A stretch of DNA of 62,634 nucleotides from a virus (IMGVR_UViG_3300028298_000008:1-62634); one strand, 5' to 3'; counted from the stretch's first letter, positions 8,653 through 18,180 are shown. Program-made: numbers and translations. Notes: generated by a model not told the origin, from the sequence alone.

Positions 8653-8997
8653 ATGGCGAAGAGAACATCCGTTGTACATTGCAAGAAAGATCCTTATGAT
8701 ATTTATATTGGCAGACCTTCTCCGTGGGGGAATCCTTTTATTGAGGGAAGGCATGGAGATAGAGCAAAAGTTATAGAGAAATTTCATCGCCATGCAGCAA
8801 AAGACCCATTTATTATAAGCAATCTCTACCTATTGAAAGGCAAAGTGCTTGGCTGCTGGTGCAAGCCCAAACCATGTCACGGGGACGTTTTAGCTGCTAT
8901 GGTTTATATGACTTGTGCCAATTGTGAAAGCAATCTGAAATGTGAGACCGCTTTCGATTGGTATAATACAAACGATGCTTGTCTGATGGAGAAATGA
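8653..8997 (+). CDS. DUF4326-family protein
   Basis: VVHCKKDPYDIYIGRPSPWGNPF...LKGKVLGCWCKPKPCHGDVL; GGAGG RBS. Confidence 0.85.
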   Translation: MAKRTSVVHCKKDPYDIYIGRPSPWGNPFIEGRHGDRAKVIEKFHRHAAKDPFIISNLYLLKGKVLGCWCKPKPCHGDVLAAMVYMTCANCESNLKCETAFDWYNTNDACLMEK

Positions 8998-8998
8998 G

Positions 8999-9223
8999 AT
9001 GGTAAGACAATGTATATTCATGTATGAAATAAAGACCTTATTTTTTACTTTTATGCTTTCATTTAGTTGTATAATCTTAATTCCTTTTGGGATTAATCCG
9101 TTTCTTGGGCTTCCTATAAGTTTGTTGTCAGGATTAATTTACCTTAAATGTCGCAGGAAGTTAATGTATAAAATATATACGCAACAAGAAATAAAAAATT
9201 TACAAGGAAGTATTTGGGCGTAA
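8999..9223 (+). CDS. small membrane protein
   Basis: Two hydrophobic segments. Confidence 0.45.
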   Translation: MVRQCIFMYEIKTLFFTFMLSFSCIILIPFGINPFLGLPISLLSGLIYLKCRRKLMYKIYTQQEIKNLQGSIWA

Positions 9224-9243
9224 ATATAAAGAGGAGAAAGGAA

Positions 9244-9327
9244 ATGTTTAAAAAATGGTTCTCTAAAAAGAAAGAAGAAAAGACTCCTGCAGAAAGCAAT
9301 CAGAAACCAGAATGGGAAGTGAAATGA
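9244..9327 (+). CDS. micro-ORF (27 aa)
   Basis: GAGGAG/AAGG RBS; MFKKWFSKKKEEK...; ATGA-coupled to the next ORF. Confidence 0.4.
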   Translation: MFKKWFSKKKEEKTPAESNQKPEWEVK

Positions 9328-9488
9328 AAAATACAATTTTTAATTCCGACGAGTGCCAAGCTTTGCTTGATTTAATTGATAAAGTAGGAGACAATACACC
9401 TTGGCCTCTTTTAACAGATGAAGAACATGTGGTGTATAATAAACTTAAAAAGGCTGGAGCGTTCTACGTTCCAAAAAAGCAATTATAA
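9324..9488 (+). CDS. small hypothetical protein (54 aa)
   Basis: ATGA overlap; MKNTIFNSDECQALLDLIDK... Confidence 0.45.
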   Translation: MKNTIFNSDECQALLDLIDKVGDNTPWPLLTDEEHVVYNKLKKAGAFYVPKKQL

Positions 9489-9514
9489 AGAAAGCGTTGG
9501 AGAAGCGAAGAGTT

Positions 9515-9643
9515 ATGAGTACAGAATGGTTATGTATTAAAGATTATGAAGAAATGTGTAAACAAGAAGGGAAGGAATATGAAGTCAAGACAATCCCTAA
9601 TTGGTTTGACTTCCCTTGCATAATTTGTGGAGAAATGAAATGA
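9515..9643 (+). CDS. small hypothetical protein (42 aa)
   Basis: MSTEWLC...PCIICGEMK; ATGA-coupled to 9640. Confidence 0.45.
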   Translation: MSTEWLCIKDYEEMCKQEGKEYEVKTIPNWFDFPCIICGEMK

Positions 9644-9903
9644 TAATTAATGTTGAGGGAGACATAATTGCACCTGATGGCAATATTTATGCTTTATGGT
9701 CTTTTATGGGCAAAATGTCAATACTTGAATACTTGTACATACTGGCTGGCTTTCAAAAAGAAATGTCTCCTTTTCCTTTACAAATTAATATGCCTTGCGG
9801 GAAGGAATATCATTATGAAAGTGAAGCAAGTATTCCATCTAAATCTATACCTTGTAGATGTGGCGACGAAACCCATTACGTTTTCAAATATTTTCATAAT
9901 TAA
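9640..9903 (+). CDS. hypothetical protein
   Basis: ATGA overlap; PCG...PCRCG. Confidence 0.55.
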   Translation: MIINVEGDIIAPDGNIYALWSFMGKMSILEYLYILAGFQKEMSPFPLQINMPCGKEYHYESEASIPSKSIPCRCGDETHYVFKYFHN

Positions 9904-9914
9904 AGGAGGAACAA

Positions 9915-10268
9915 ATGAAAGAGTTTTATTATTATTTCAGAGACAAAGACAGGCATCCAAGAATCACCGTTTGCCTGATTGAGAATGGTAGTTGTTATCA
10001 TCGAGGGATTTCATTATGCTCTTTCTCCGAGAAAGAATTATCTAAAGAAAGAGGACGAAGGACGGCAAGAAGCCGAGCGATTCGAGCAATGTATACTTTC
10101 TCAAATTCATCTCCGGCGTTAAGAAAGGAGTCCCATGAAGTTTTGAAGGCGTGTAATGTGCCTTTTGGTCTTTTTGTACCTTATGAAGAATTCAAAAGCA
10201 TGTACAAAGTAGAGCTAACACCATTCGAACAGAAACTGGTGGATTATGGCAAAGAAAAGTCTGTATGA
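9915..10268 (+). CDS. hypothetical phage protein
   Basis: AGGAGG RBS; RGISLCS...GRRTARSRA. Confidence 0.7.
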   Translation: MKEFYYYFRDKDRHPRITVCLIENGSCYHRGISLCSFSEKELSKERGRRTARSRAIRAMYTFSNSSPALRKESHEVLKACNVPFGLFVPYEEFKSMYKVELTPFEQKLVDYGKEKSV

Positions 10269-10914
10269 CGAACTTGGCGTCAAAAAAGACGCCTCAAAAG
10301 AGGAGATCAAGAAAAAGTTTCGCAAGTTGGCAAAGCGATTCCACCCTGATGTAAACGGTGGTAGTGGTGAGAAATTCAAAAAGCTAACAGAAGCGTATAA
10401 AATCTTGATCTCAGACGATCTCAGGGCGCACTACGACGCAACTGGGGAACAAAGAAAACGAGATGATCCTGGGAAGGTATATGTAACTGCACTGAATATG
10501 TTTGCTTCATTATTTTTAAGCCTGGCGGAGGAGGATATGGATGGCGAAACAGATTATATAAGGAGTATAAGAGAATCTTGTAAAAGCTCCCTCATTCTGA
10601 CAGACAAAGAAATAACAAAGGCCACAAAAAAAATAAAAAAATGGGAAGACTTAAAGGACAGAATAGTGTATAAAGGAAAGACGACAAACATCCTTGCAGA
10701 TCATATTGATGAGAAAATCCGTGCCTTACACCTCGCCATATCAGATACCAATCTTGATATTAAAATAATGAGGAAGGTTCTGGAAATAATAGAGGAATAT
10801 GAAGTGATGCAGCCAGAAATGATTTTTGCTCAAATAGCTTCTATCCCATTTCAGCCATATGCACACGGAAGATCCATATTTGAAGACATATTTAAAGACT
10901 ACAAAGTGAGCTGA
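10246..10914 (+). CDS. J-domain (DnaJ-like) co-chaperone
   Basis: LYDELGVKKDASKEEIKKKFRKLAKRFHPD...EAYKIL...RAHYD with HPD motif, then a helical C-terminal region. Confidence 0.9.
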   Translation: MAKKSLYDELGVKKDASKEEIKKKFRKLAKRFHPDVNGGSGEKFKKLTEAYKILISDDLRAHYDATGEQRKRDDPGKVYVTALNMFASLFLSLAEEDMDGETDYIRSIRESCKSSLILTDKEITKATKKIKKWEDLKDRIVYKGKTTNILADHIDEKIRALHLAISDTNLDIKIMRKVLEIIEEYEVMQPEMIFAQIASIPFQPYAHGRSIFEDIFKDYKVS

Positions 10915-10946
10915 ATAAAAAGCTCATCTTATAAAAGGAGGGATTA

Positions 10947-13058
10947 ATGATCAAAATTCTTTTGGTTGGAGACCATCCGGAAGGACCAACAGGTAATGCT
11001 CACATGATGCATGGTATAGCAAGCCAGATAGACCCGGAGAAATTTCAAGTAGCTATATTAGCGATAAACCCAAGGCTGGCCATTACATCTGAACGAACTT
11101 TTGAACATTCCAAATGGCCTATCCTGGATGTTCATTCCGTGACAAACCCTTGTGCATGGGAGCATTCTCTTATTGGATTGGTTGCCGGCAAGCAACCAAT
11201 TGATATTGTCTTGTTTGTCGGATTGGATATATGGATGTTTGCTTTTACTTTATCTTCTTTGGTTGAGATAAAAAAGAAAAGAAAGATTATAATTGCATCC
11301 TTATTTCCATACGAATTTTATTCGGTGAAAAAAGAATGGCTCGATTGGTTAGCTATGATAGATATTCCTCTTGTTTATTCAGAATTTGGCTTTAATAAAT
11401 TAAAGCCTTTCGTAAATAAAGTGCAATACTTTCGTCCTCCCCTATTCGACGCAAAACAATTTCTTCCTTTCTCGAAAGAGAAACGATTTGAGGCAAGGAA
11501 AAAGCTGTTTAAGTCTATCAATGATGAAAACTTTGTCTTTGGGTTTTTCGGCAATAATCAGTATAGAAAGGATCCACAAAGAGTAATACGTTCCTTTTTC
11601 CAGACAAAACAAATATGCCCAAACAATAAATTATACCTGCATACAGAAGTAACCACAGGCCCATTTAATATACCAAGATACTTAAAAGACTGCGGAAATC
11701 AACTTGGAGACGTGTTTATTAAAAAACAAAAATATCAATATGATACCACAGCTATGGTAGAGATGTATAATGCTGTGGATTGTCTTGTGAGTGCCTCCTG
11801 GCAGGAGGGATTAAGTTGGACGATCTTAGAAGCCATGCTATGCGGAACTCCTGTTGTGGCAGCAAACAATACAGCACACATTGAACTTTTAAAAGGTGGT
11901 GCAGGGTTGCCTGTAAAATGTGACGAGCTTGCTTACCTACCAATTGATATGGGAGAAAACTGCACTTATATTGAAACATACGCTTGCAACCCAGACTCCC
12001 TGACAAAAGCCATGTTAAAAGTAATGAAACCAAAGGTAAGAGAAGGTTTAATAAAACGGGGATTTGAACGAGCCCGTGAATGGTTAGCAGGGGTGGGAGA
12101 CATAAATGATGTCTTTATAAAAGCCATCGAATCTTCTCAGACAAACATCTCTGAAAAAACAAAGAAAGAGATAGGGATAAAAACTGAAAGGAAGAAAGAA
12201 GTTTTATTCGCTCAATACTCTTCCGCAGGTGATGTTTTAATGACAACAAGAGCATTAAAAGGCATTAAAGAAATGTTTAAAGGACTACCATTGACCTATA
12301 TGACTTCTCCTCAATACATGGACATTTTGATTCACAATCCTCACATTGATAAAATAAGGTCATGGAACGAAAAAGCATTCAATGAATATGAATTTGTTTT
12401 GAATCCACATGGTGACAGAATTGGTCCTGGTCATTGGGGGAGAAACAGTAATTCCCTTCTTTCTGATTTCTATTGGAAGATATTGATGGTGCAGCCCTGT
12501 GACTTTTTTATTGAGAAAGTGATGCCTCCTCAAAATATTTCCCTTTCAATTACTACAGCAAGGAAACCAATTCTTATTCTTCATACTACAGGAGGGGATG
12601 CTGAATTTCGAACATACAAATATATGGTTGACATAGCCGAAGCAACCAAAGAAAAATACTTTACTGTTCAGGTAGGTGCGGCAACCGACTATCCTGCAGG
12701 TTCACAACTTGATCTAAGAGGAGCTTTGTCCTTCAGGGAATCTGCTTGGGTTGTAAGTAAAGCCGAGTTAGCAGTCACAGTAGATTCCTTCATCAGTCAT
12801 TTATGTGGGGCTTTAGGAGTGTCCCAAGTTTGTTTATTTGGTTGTGGTAATTGTAATGTGGTGAGACCGAATCAAATGAATGGCATTCTTACTTGCATGG
12901 TAATTGATTATGTGAACGATTGCTTAGGACTTGGTCCTTGCTCTGCATCAGTAAGAAACTGCCCTCTCCCTTGTACAGGGCGGCACAATCCTAAATCTGT
13001 GCTAAAGGAAATCGAGGAGATAGAAAAAGATTTGGCGAAACAGAAGAGAATGGAATAA
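10947..13058 (+). CDS. bifunctional glycosyltransferase: GT4 (GT-B) fused to GT9 heptosyltransferase-like domain
   Basis: GT4: GNNQYRKD, YNAVDCLVSASWQEGLSWTILEAMLCGTPVVA. GT9: SAGDVLMTTRALKGIK, LDLRGALSFRES, VTVDSFISHLCGALGVSQVCLFG. Confidence 0.88.
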   Translation: MIKILLVGDHPEGPTGNAHMMHGIASQIDPEKFQVAILAINPRLAITSERTFEHSKWPILDVHSVTNPCAWEHSLIGLVAGKQPIDIVLFVGLDIWMFAFTLSSLVEIKKKRKIIIASLFPYEFYSVKKEWLDWLAMIDIPLVYSEFGFNKLKPFVNKVQYFRPPLFDAKQFLPFSKEKRFEARKKLFKSINDENFVFGFFGNNQYRKDPQRVIRSFFQTKQICPNNKLYLHTEVTTGPFNIPRYLKDCGNQLGDVFIKKQKYQYDTTAMVEMYNAVDCLVSASWQEGLSWTILEAMLCGTPVVAANNTAHIELLKGGAGLPVKCDELAYLPIDMGENCTYIETYACNPDSLTKAMLKVMKPKVREGLIKRGFERAREWLAGVGDINDVFIKAIESSQTNISEKTKKEIGIKTERKKEVLFAQYSSAGDVLMTTRALKGIKEMFKGLPLTYMTSPQYMDILIHNPHIDKIRSWNEKAFNEYEFVLNPHGDRIGPGHWGRNSNSLLSDFYWKILMVQPCDFFIEKVMPPQNISLSITTARKPILILHTTGGDAEFRTYKYMVDIAEATKEKYFTVQVGAATDYPAGSQLDLRGALSFRESAWVVSKAELAVTVDSFISHLCGALGVSQVCLFGCGNCNVVRPNQMNGILTCMVIDYVNDCLGLGPCSASVRNCPLPCTGRHNPKSVLKEIEEIEKDLAKQKRME

Positions 13059-13081
13059 TATATATGAATAAAGGAGGAGCG

Positions 13082-13771
13082 ATGAAGAAACTGGTTGTGG
13101 CATCAAATATGTTTAATGAACACCATCAATTAGAGGAATGGTTTGCTTTTGTAAAGCAGATCGCGGATGCCGGCATTGTTATTGTAGACACAGGTTCTAC
13201 TGATGGAACAATCGAATATGCCAGAGAACAAGGAGCCGTCGTCATTATTGACGACATTATTCTGCGTGAGGGATATGGACCAGCTCGTAATCACCTACGA
13301 GAAATGTCAATAATACATTTCCCCAAAGCTCATTGGATGATCTATCTCGATGGCGATGAGAGAATTCTTGAAAAGGATTTCCACAATCTTCGTTTTACAA
13401 AAGATTATCTGATTGATGCTTTTGACGTGGTAGCTCTTCCACGTGTCGATTGGATGAACAAAGAAATGACTGAAGCGGCAAAAGACTGGCGAGTATACCC
13501 AGACTGGCAGGCTCGCATGTCAAGATTAAATAGTGGAGTAAAATATATTCGGAGACTCCACGAACAGATTGAAGGCCATAAAGCCATATATACAAATCTG
13601 AATCTGCCCAAGATCAATCATTTCCACCGCTCAGCAGGGAAAGAAACAAGGGATCGGATAGGGCGTATCTGTGCGAAGTTGCACGCAGAGGATCAAGATT
13701 ATGGGCATACTTATCCAAAGCATCCCAAAGAGGATTTATATTATGAACAGTATAAAAAAGAAGGATTGTAA
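13082..13771 (+). CDS. GT2 (GT-A) glycosyltransferase
   Basis: MFNE, IVDTGSTDGT, ARN, WMIYLDGDE (DxD), PDWQARM, RLHE. Confidence 0.88.
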   Translation: MKKLVVASNMFNEHHQLEEWFAFVKQIADAGIVIVDTGSTDGTIEYAREQGAVVIIDDIILREGYGPARNHLREMSIIHFPKAHWMIYLDGDERILEKDFHNLRFTKDYLIDAFDVVALPRVDWMNKEMTEAAKDWRVYPDWQARMSRLNSGVKYIRRLHEQIEGHKAIYTNLNLPKINHFHRSAGKETRDRIGRICAKLHAEDQDYGHTYPKHPKEDLYYEQYKKEGL

Positions 13772-14417
13772 TGCTCCTAATTGCAACAGAAGCTCCTTTA
13801 GGCACAGTTTGTACTGTGAGCGTCACAATAAACAGTTGAAACTGTTCGGTAGGATACGCACGGAATTTGTTAGAAGCAAAAAAGAACCTAATGAAATTAT
13901 TGTGGAACAAAACATAGGAAGGATTCTTTTGTATAATGAATTTGGTGAGGTAATAAAAGAAACAATAATTGATATTAATCAGATTGACAAAGTAAAAAAA
14001 TATAAATGGACTTTTGATGGGAGGTATGCCATAAACATAAATAATAGACTGTATCTACACCATCTCATTTTCAACTTTCAAAAAGAAAAGGGAAGGTTTA
14101 TTGATCATAAAAACGGAAATGGTCTTGATAATCGATTATCCAATTTGAGATCATGTACACAGGCCCAAAATTTATGGAATAGAACATATCAGATAAATAA
14201 TAAAATAGGATATAAAGGTGTTTCCTGGTGCAACAAGAGAAACAAATGGAGGGTAGCAATTTCGTTTAATGACACTTACAAACACATAGGATACTTCCAT
14301 ACAATTAAAGAGGCTGTAGAGGCACACAGAAAAGCCTGTATCCAGTATCATGGAAAGTTTGCTTATCCTGAACATCATAAAGAAGCGGAGTACGCTGAAT
14401 ATGGAGGAATGAAATGA
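13743..14417 (+). CDS. free-standing HNH homing endonuclease with AP2-like C-terminal domain
   Basis: LHHLI...IDHKNGNGLDNRLSNLR; GYKGVSW...KWRVAI...HIGYF. Confidence 0.9.
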   Translation: MNSIKKKDCNAPNCNRSSFRHSLYCERHNKQLKLFGRIRTEFVRSKKEPNEIIVEQNIGRILLYNEFGEVIKETIIDINQIDKVKKYKWTFDGRYAININNRLYLHHLIFNFQKEKGRFIDHKNGNGLDNRLSNLRSCTQAQNLWNRTYQINNKIGYKGVSWCNKRNKWRVAISFNDTYKHIGYFHTIKEAVEAHRKACIQYHGKFAYPEHHKEAEYAEYGGMK

Positions 14418-14674
14418 AAAAAGAAGATTTCGTAAATTTTATAAAAAAAACATTAAAAGCAGTAGAAAATGATGACTCCGCAGAAGGAAGCATTAGATAC
14501 GAATGGGGGAAAGAAAGAGACCTCTATAATGTCAATGCCTTTGTCCGAGTGGGTAACTCAATGGGTCAAGGAGGTTGTGTGCTTGTTAATGAAAAATTGA
14601 GGGACGATCCTCCGCAAGGACCAGAAGAAATTGAGGAAAGCAGCGATGCCGTAACAGAATGTGGAGATAAGTAA
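14414..14674 (+). CDS. hypothetical protein
   Basis: GGAGG RBS, ATGA overlap. Confidence 0.65.
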   Translation: MKKEDFVNFIKKTLKAVENDDSAEGSIRYEWGKERDLYNVNAFVRVGNSMGQGGCVLVNEKLRDDPPQGPEEIEESSDAVTECGDK

Positions 14675-14686
14675 AAGGAGCTTGAA

Positions 14687-14752
14687 ATGGCAGAAGGCGT
14701 CCACCGCATTACAGAAGAAAGGGAACGCTTCCTGAAGGAAGGATTAAAATGA
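14687..14752 (+). pseudogene. 21-codon remnant resembling the N-terminus of the DegT aminotransferase at 16939
   Basis: AGGAG RBS; MAEGVHRITEE versus MSEGVYRITQE; stop overlaps the ATG at 14749. Confidence 0.6.
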
Positions 14753-15456
14753 TCCAGGAAATCCCGGAAGAAACAAAGTATTTCTTTCTTGAAAGTGTCT
14801 GGAAAGATTACTTCCGATACAAAATGGAAGATATGAAAATGATAAGGTTTGGTTGGGAGGGAGAAGATAAGAATCTGAAAGCCTTCAATAGTAAAAAAGA
14901 GTATATAGAATGGTATTGCTTTCATCCAAAAGCACCAGAGCCTTATAGAGATTTTGGTTTCTATACTCGTGAGCTGACAGCATTATCAAATTTTATGCGA
15001 CCAAAAGTAATCGTTGAGATTGGCACGGGTCTTGGAGCAGGTACTTTTCTTCTTTATCACTTGAATCCAGATGCCCATCTAATCACAATAGACAGAAAGC
15101 AATTCCAGAAAGCCCCTGAGAACATGGTATTTCAAACAGGTGATCTTGCTATAATTAATGGTATTCCTTACAATTTTATATGGGGGAATTCGTCCTCTGC
15201 TATCATAACAAAGAAATTCAATCTGTGCTTCATTGACGGAGATCATTCTTTTGCAGCCGTTTGGGAAGACAGTTTATGGGCTTGGGAAAACAAGGACGAG
15301 GACAACTTTGTAATTATTTGGCATGACTTTCGTGAGGACAACCCTGAGTTTGAAGGATTAAGGAAGGCAATAAAGTTGTTTTCTGAATGGGCAAATATTG
15401 ACATTCATAAATTGAAAGACAGCTCAACGGCGTGGTGCTACAGGAGATCAGAATGA
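14749..15456 (+). CDS. class I SAM methyltransferase (Methyltransf_24-like, sugar O-methyltransferase type)
   Basis: IVEIGTGLG, ITID, FIDGDHS, IWHD. Confidence 0.85.
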   Translation: MIQEIPEETKYFFLESVWKDYFRYKMEDMKMIRFGWEGEDKNLKAFNSKKEYIEWYCFHPKAPEPYRDFGFYTRELTALSNFMRPKVIVEIGTGLGAGTFLLYHLNPDAHLITIDRKQFQKAPENMVFQTGDLAIINGIPYNFIWGNSSSAIITKKFNLCFIDGDHSFAAVWEDSLWAWENKDEDNFVIIWHDFREDNPEFEGLRKAIKLFSEWANIDIHKLKDSSTAWCYRRSE

Positions 15457-16151
15457 AAAGAATACCAATCTTAATCCTGTGCATTGGTGAGCAAGGAGCA
15501 AGTGTCTTGTCAAAGACTTTTAATTTATGTGGAATGTCCTTGGGCAATGAAAAAACATATTGGCACCCTGAATACAATACCCCAAATTGGGAGCACTCTT
15601 ATGTAACTGCAATAATGGCTTGGGTGCATCAACGACCAAAAGAAGAATGGCAGTTGGCGTTAAGAAAAGTTCTTCAATCTTACAAAGCAGAAGCCGAAAA
15701 TGAAAACTGGAAATGTTATGGAATAAAAACGTCAAGCGGTATCTGCAATTCAAAATGGGGAATGGGAGTGAGTGATATTCTCAAGGAAGAATGGCCAGAC
15801 GCTCTTTATTTTAGTGTGCTAAGAAGACCTAACGTAAATCACCCTGATGCAAATGATCATTGGAACAGTGTTTGGGTAGGAAGAAAAGGAATCGTTGATA
15901 GAGGAGGAGTGTTTGTTCTTTTTCCAGATGCTTGGCTGGACGGAACAATACAAAAGGTTATTGAGGCCTCAGGCCTTGTCTGGAAAGAAGAAGCCATCTC
16001 TGCATTTGAAAAAAGAGAAGCGGAAACTCCTTTGCCTACTATTGAAGAAGAAAAAGTATATTATGATATTTATCCCATAGAGAAAGAGCAAAGGGATTAC
16101 TTATGGAATAAAAACAAAGAAAACTTCCAGAGGATGAAGGAAATGAAATGA
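15453..16151 (+). CDS. sulfotransferase-like P-loop protein (divergent)
   Basis: ILCIGEQGASVLSKTFNLCGMSLG, WEH, YGIK and VLRRP follow the layout of the G-x-x-R-S-G-T-S sulfotransferase family, but the PAPS loop is degenerate. Confidence 0.45.
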   Translation: MKRIPILILCIGEQGASVLSKTFNLCGMSLGNEKTYWHPEYNTPNWEHSYVTAIMAWVHQRPKEEWQLALRKVLQSYKAEAENENWKCYGIKTSSGICNSKWGMGVSDILKEEWPDALYFSVLRRPNVNHPDANDHWNSVWVGRKGIVDRGGVFVLFPDAWLDGTIQKVIEASGLVWKEEAISAFEKREAETPLPTIEEEKVYYDIYPIEKEQRDYLWNKNKENFQRMKEMK

Positions 16152-16939
16152 AATACCCATTTGATTACTGTATAATTGCTATAAATGAGGTGAAACCTTT
16201 TGTAAAACTTCAGCTGGAGAGTCTGGTCAAACCTAATCCAAGATTCAACATTGCTGGAGGATGCTCTTATAAGGACTTTGCCTCTTTTCATATTGTTGAT
16301 AAAGGCACAAAAGATGGAGTTGTGGATTATTGCAAAAAAACGATTCCGTCCATTGTAATCCATGAATTGGATTACTACTCTCCACAAAACAAAAATTGTA
16401 GTGTGCGAGATTCTTTCTGGCAATGGGATTTAGCTTATTCTATTCAACACGCCATCGAAAATTGTGGAACCTCAGATTGGATTTTGATAATGCATCCAGA
16501 CATTGTGTATTGGGATTCAAAAAAGTATTTCGATGGATTGTGGGGAATGACTGGAAACGATGTTGGTCAAGTATGGGAAGGGGGGGTTATTCTTACTAAT
16601 AGAGAAGCCTATTATCAATCCCATTTAGGATTTTGGCCATTGTTCGAATCCACCATATACACAAATAAAGAAACAAATGCAAAATATCTTATCCACAACC
16701 GTGATGAAAGGAAACAAGAGGATTCTCTTCGTATTCAAGGAATAGAAGCAGGGGAGCTTTTCTTAATTGAATTACTTCTTTTAGGCTGGAGAACACCAAT
16801 AGTCCCTTATAAAATTTCCAGAAATAAAGAGCACACAGCCCAAAGCACAGGTCATGATATTGGCCCTGCACAAGCTGAATTGTGGAACAACAAGATTAAT
16901 CTTTTAAAGGAACGATTGGCTTATTATGGAGGCGTGTAA
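16148..16939 (+). CDS. GT-A-fold glycosyltransferase-like protein
   Basis: IVDKGTKDG, AIENCGTSDWILIMHPDIV. Confidence 0.6.
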   Translation: MKYPFDYCIIAINEVKPFVKLQLESLVKPNPRFNIAGGCSYKDFASFHIVDKGTKDGVVDYCKKTIPSIVIHELDYYSPQNKNCSVRDSFWQWDLAYSIQHAIENCGTSDWILIMHPDIVYWDSKKYFDGLWGMTGNDVGQVWEGGVILTNREAYYQSHLGFWPLFESTIYTNKETNAKYLIHNRDERKQEDSLRIQGIEAGELFLIELLLLGWRTPIVPYKISRNKEHTAQSTGHDIGPAQAELWNNKINLLKERLAYYGGV

Positions 16940-17586
16940 TGAGTGAAGGCGTATATAGAATCACTCAGGAATTTGAAGAAGCTTTGGCCAGATACACAGG
17001 GTCTGCTTATGCTGTTACAATTGATAATCAAAGCAATGCTTTATTTCTTGCTCTAATATACACTGGTATAGAGGGAAAGGTAATAACTATCCCTTCAAGA
17101 ACATATCCTTCCGTCCCTTGTGCAATAATACATGCTGGAGGAAAGGTCAAATTTTATGCATCTGAAAAGGGCACTTTAAAAGGAGAGTACCAGCTCGTTG
17201 GCTCGAATGTATGGGATTCTGCTTTACGATTTACACATAATATGTATAGACCAGGACAATTACAATGCCTGTCGTTTACTGGTCCTTATAAACACTTGAA
17301 GCTTGGAAAAGGAGGAGCGATTCTAACGGACAATGTTGATGCTTGGCGATGGCTTAAAAGAGCCAGGTTTTCTGGAAGAAGAGAATGCTCCTACCATGAA
17401 GATCATTTTGATATGCTGGGATGGAATTATTATCTTATGCCAGAGATAGCAGCCAGAGGATTGTTGTTGATGAATCAATTTTATGATATAGAAGGAAATC
17501 CAAAGAATAACGATGATCTTGAGCTTCCTTATCCTGATCTTAGCAAATTTTCAATTTACACAGATTCCAATAGGACAGAAAAATGA
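16939..17586 (+). CDS. DegT/DnrJ/EryC1/StrS PLP-dependent sugar aminotransferase (short form)
   Basis: FEEALARYTGSAYAV, SNALFLAL, IPSRTYPSV, DSA, SFTGPYKHL (PLP Lys), GKGGAILTD, GWNY. Confidence 0.88.
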   Translation: MSEGVYRITQEFEEALARYTGSAYAVTIDNQSNALFLALIYTGIEGKVITIPSRTYPSVPCAIIHAGGKVKFYASEKGTLKGEYQLVGSNVWDSALRFTHNMYRPGQLQCLSFTGPYKHLKLGKGGAILTDNVDAWRWLKRARFSGRRECSYHEDHFDMLGWNYYLMPEIAARGLLLMNQFYDIEGNPKNNDDLELPYPDLSKFSIYTDSNRTEK

Positions 17587-18179
17587 CATTTGAAGAATGC
17601 TTACTCTTATGGAAAGAATTTGAAGGTCAAACAGATCCTACAGAAGGGGTTGAATTGTATAATGCTGTTATAAATACGCCTCCTGGCGCCGTTGTGGAAG
17701 TAGGCTCTGCTTCAGGTGGTACTACTATCATCTTAATAAAAGCTGCGGAACTTGTTGGCAAAATGGTTTATTCCATTGATATTTATCCAGAAGAGTTAGA
17801 AGGGAAAGCCCTGCATTGTCCTCCTGGATTAATGAGGGCATTAAAGGACAAATTCAAAAAGAATATCTTAAATGGTGATTATAAAAACATCATCCAATTC
17901 AATACAGACGTAAAAGGAAGTATTAGCAAATTGCCTAAAGAACTCTCCGTTGTGTTTATTGATGGGTGCCATGAGTTTTCTTTCGTTCAAGAGGAGTTTA
18001 ATCTGCTTTATCCATTAGTGATTGCTGGAGGATGGATTTTCATTCACGATACGACATGGGAACTTGGTCAAATATCTCTCACAGAAGAAACGGCTTTAAA
18101 ACAAGTTTGGCATAGAATCAACAAGGAATTGTTTTCAGAAATAAAAAAGGAAGGATCCATGTTCTGCGGAAGGAAATGA
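17583..18179 (+). CDS. class I SAM methyltransferase (Methyltransf_24-like)
   Basis: VVEVGSASGGTT, YSID, VFIDGCHE, GGWIFIHD. Confidence 0.87.
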   Translation: MTFEECLLLWKEFEGQTDPTEGVELYNAVINTPPGAVVEVGSASGGTTIILIKAAELVGKMVYSIDIYPEELEGKALHCPPGLMRALKDKFKKNILNGDYKNIIQFNTDVKGSISKLPKELSVVFIDGCHEFSFVQEEFNLLYPLVIAGGWIFIHDTTWELGQISLTEETALKQVWHRINKELFSEIKKEGSMFCGRK

Positions 18180-18180
18180 C

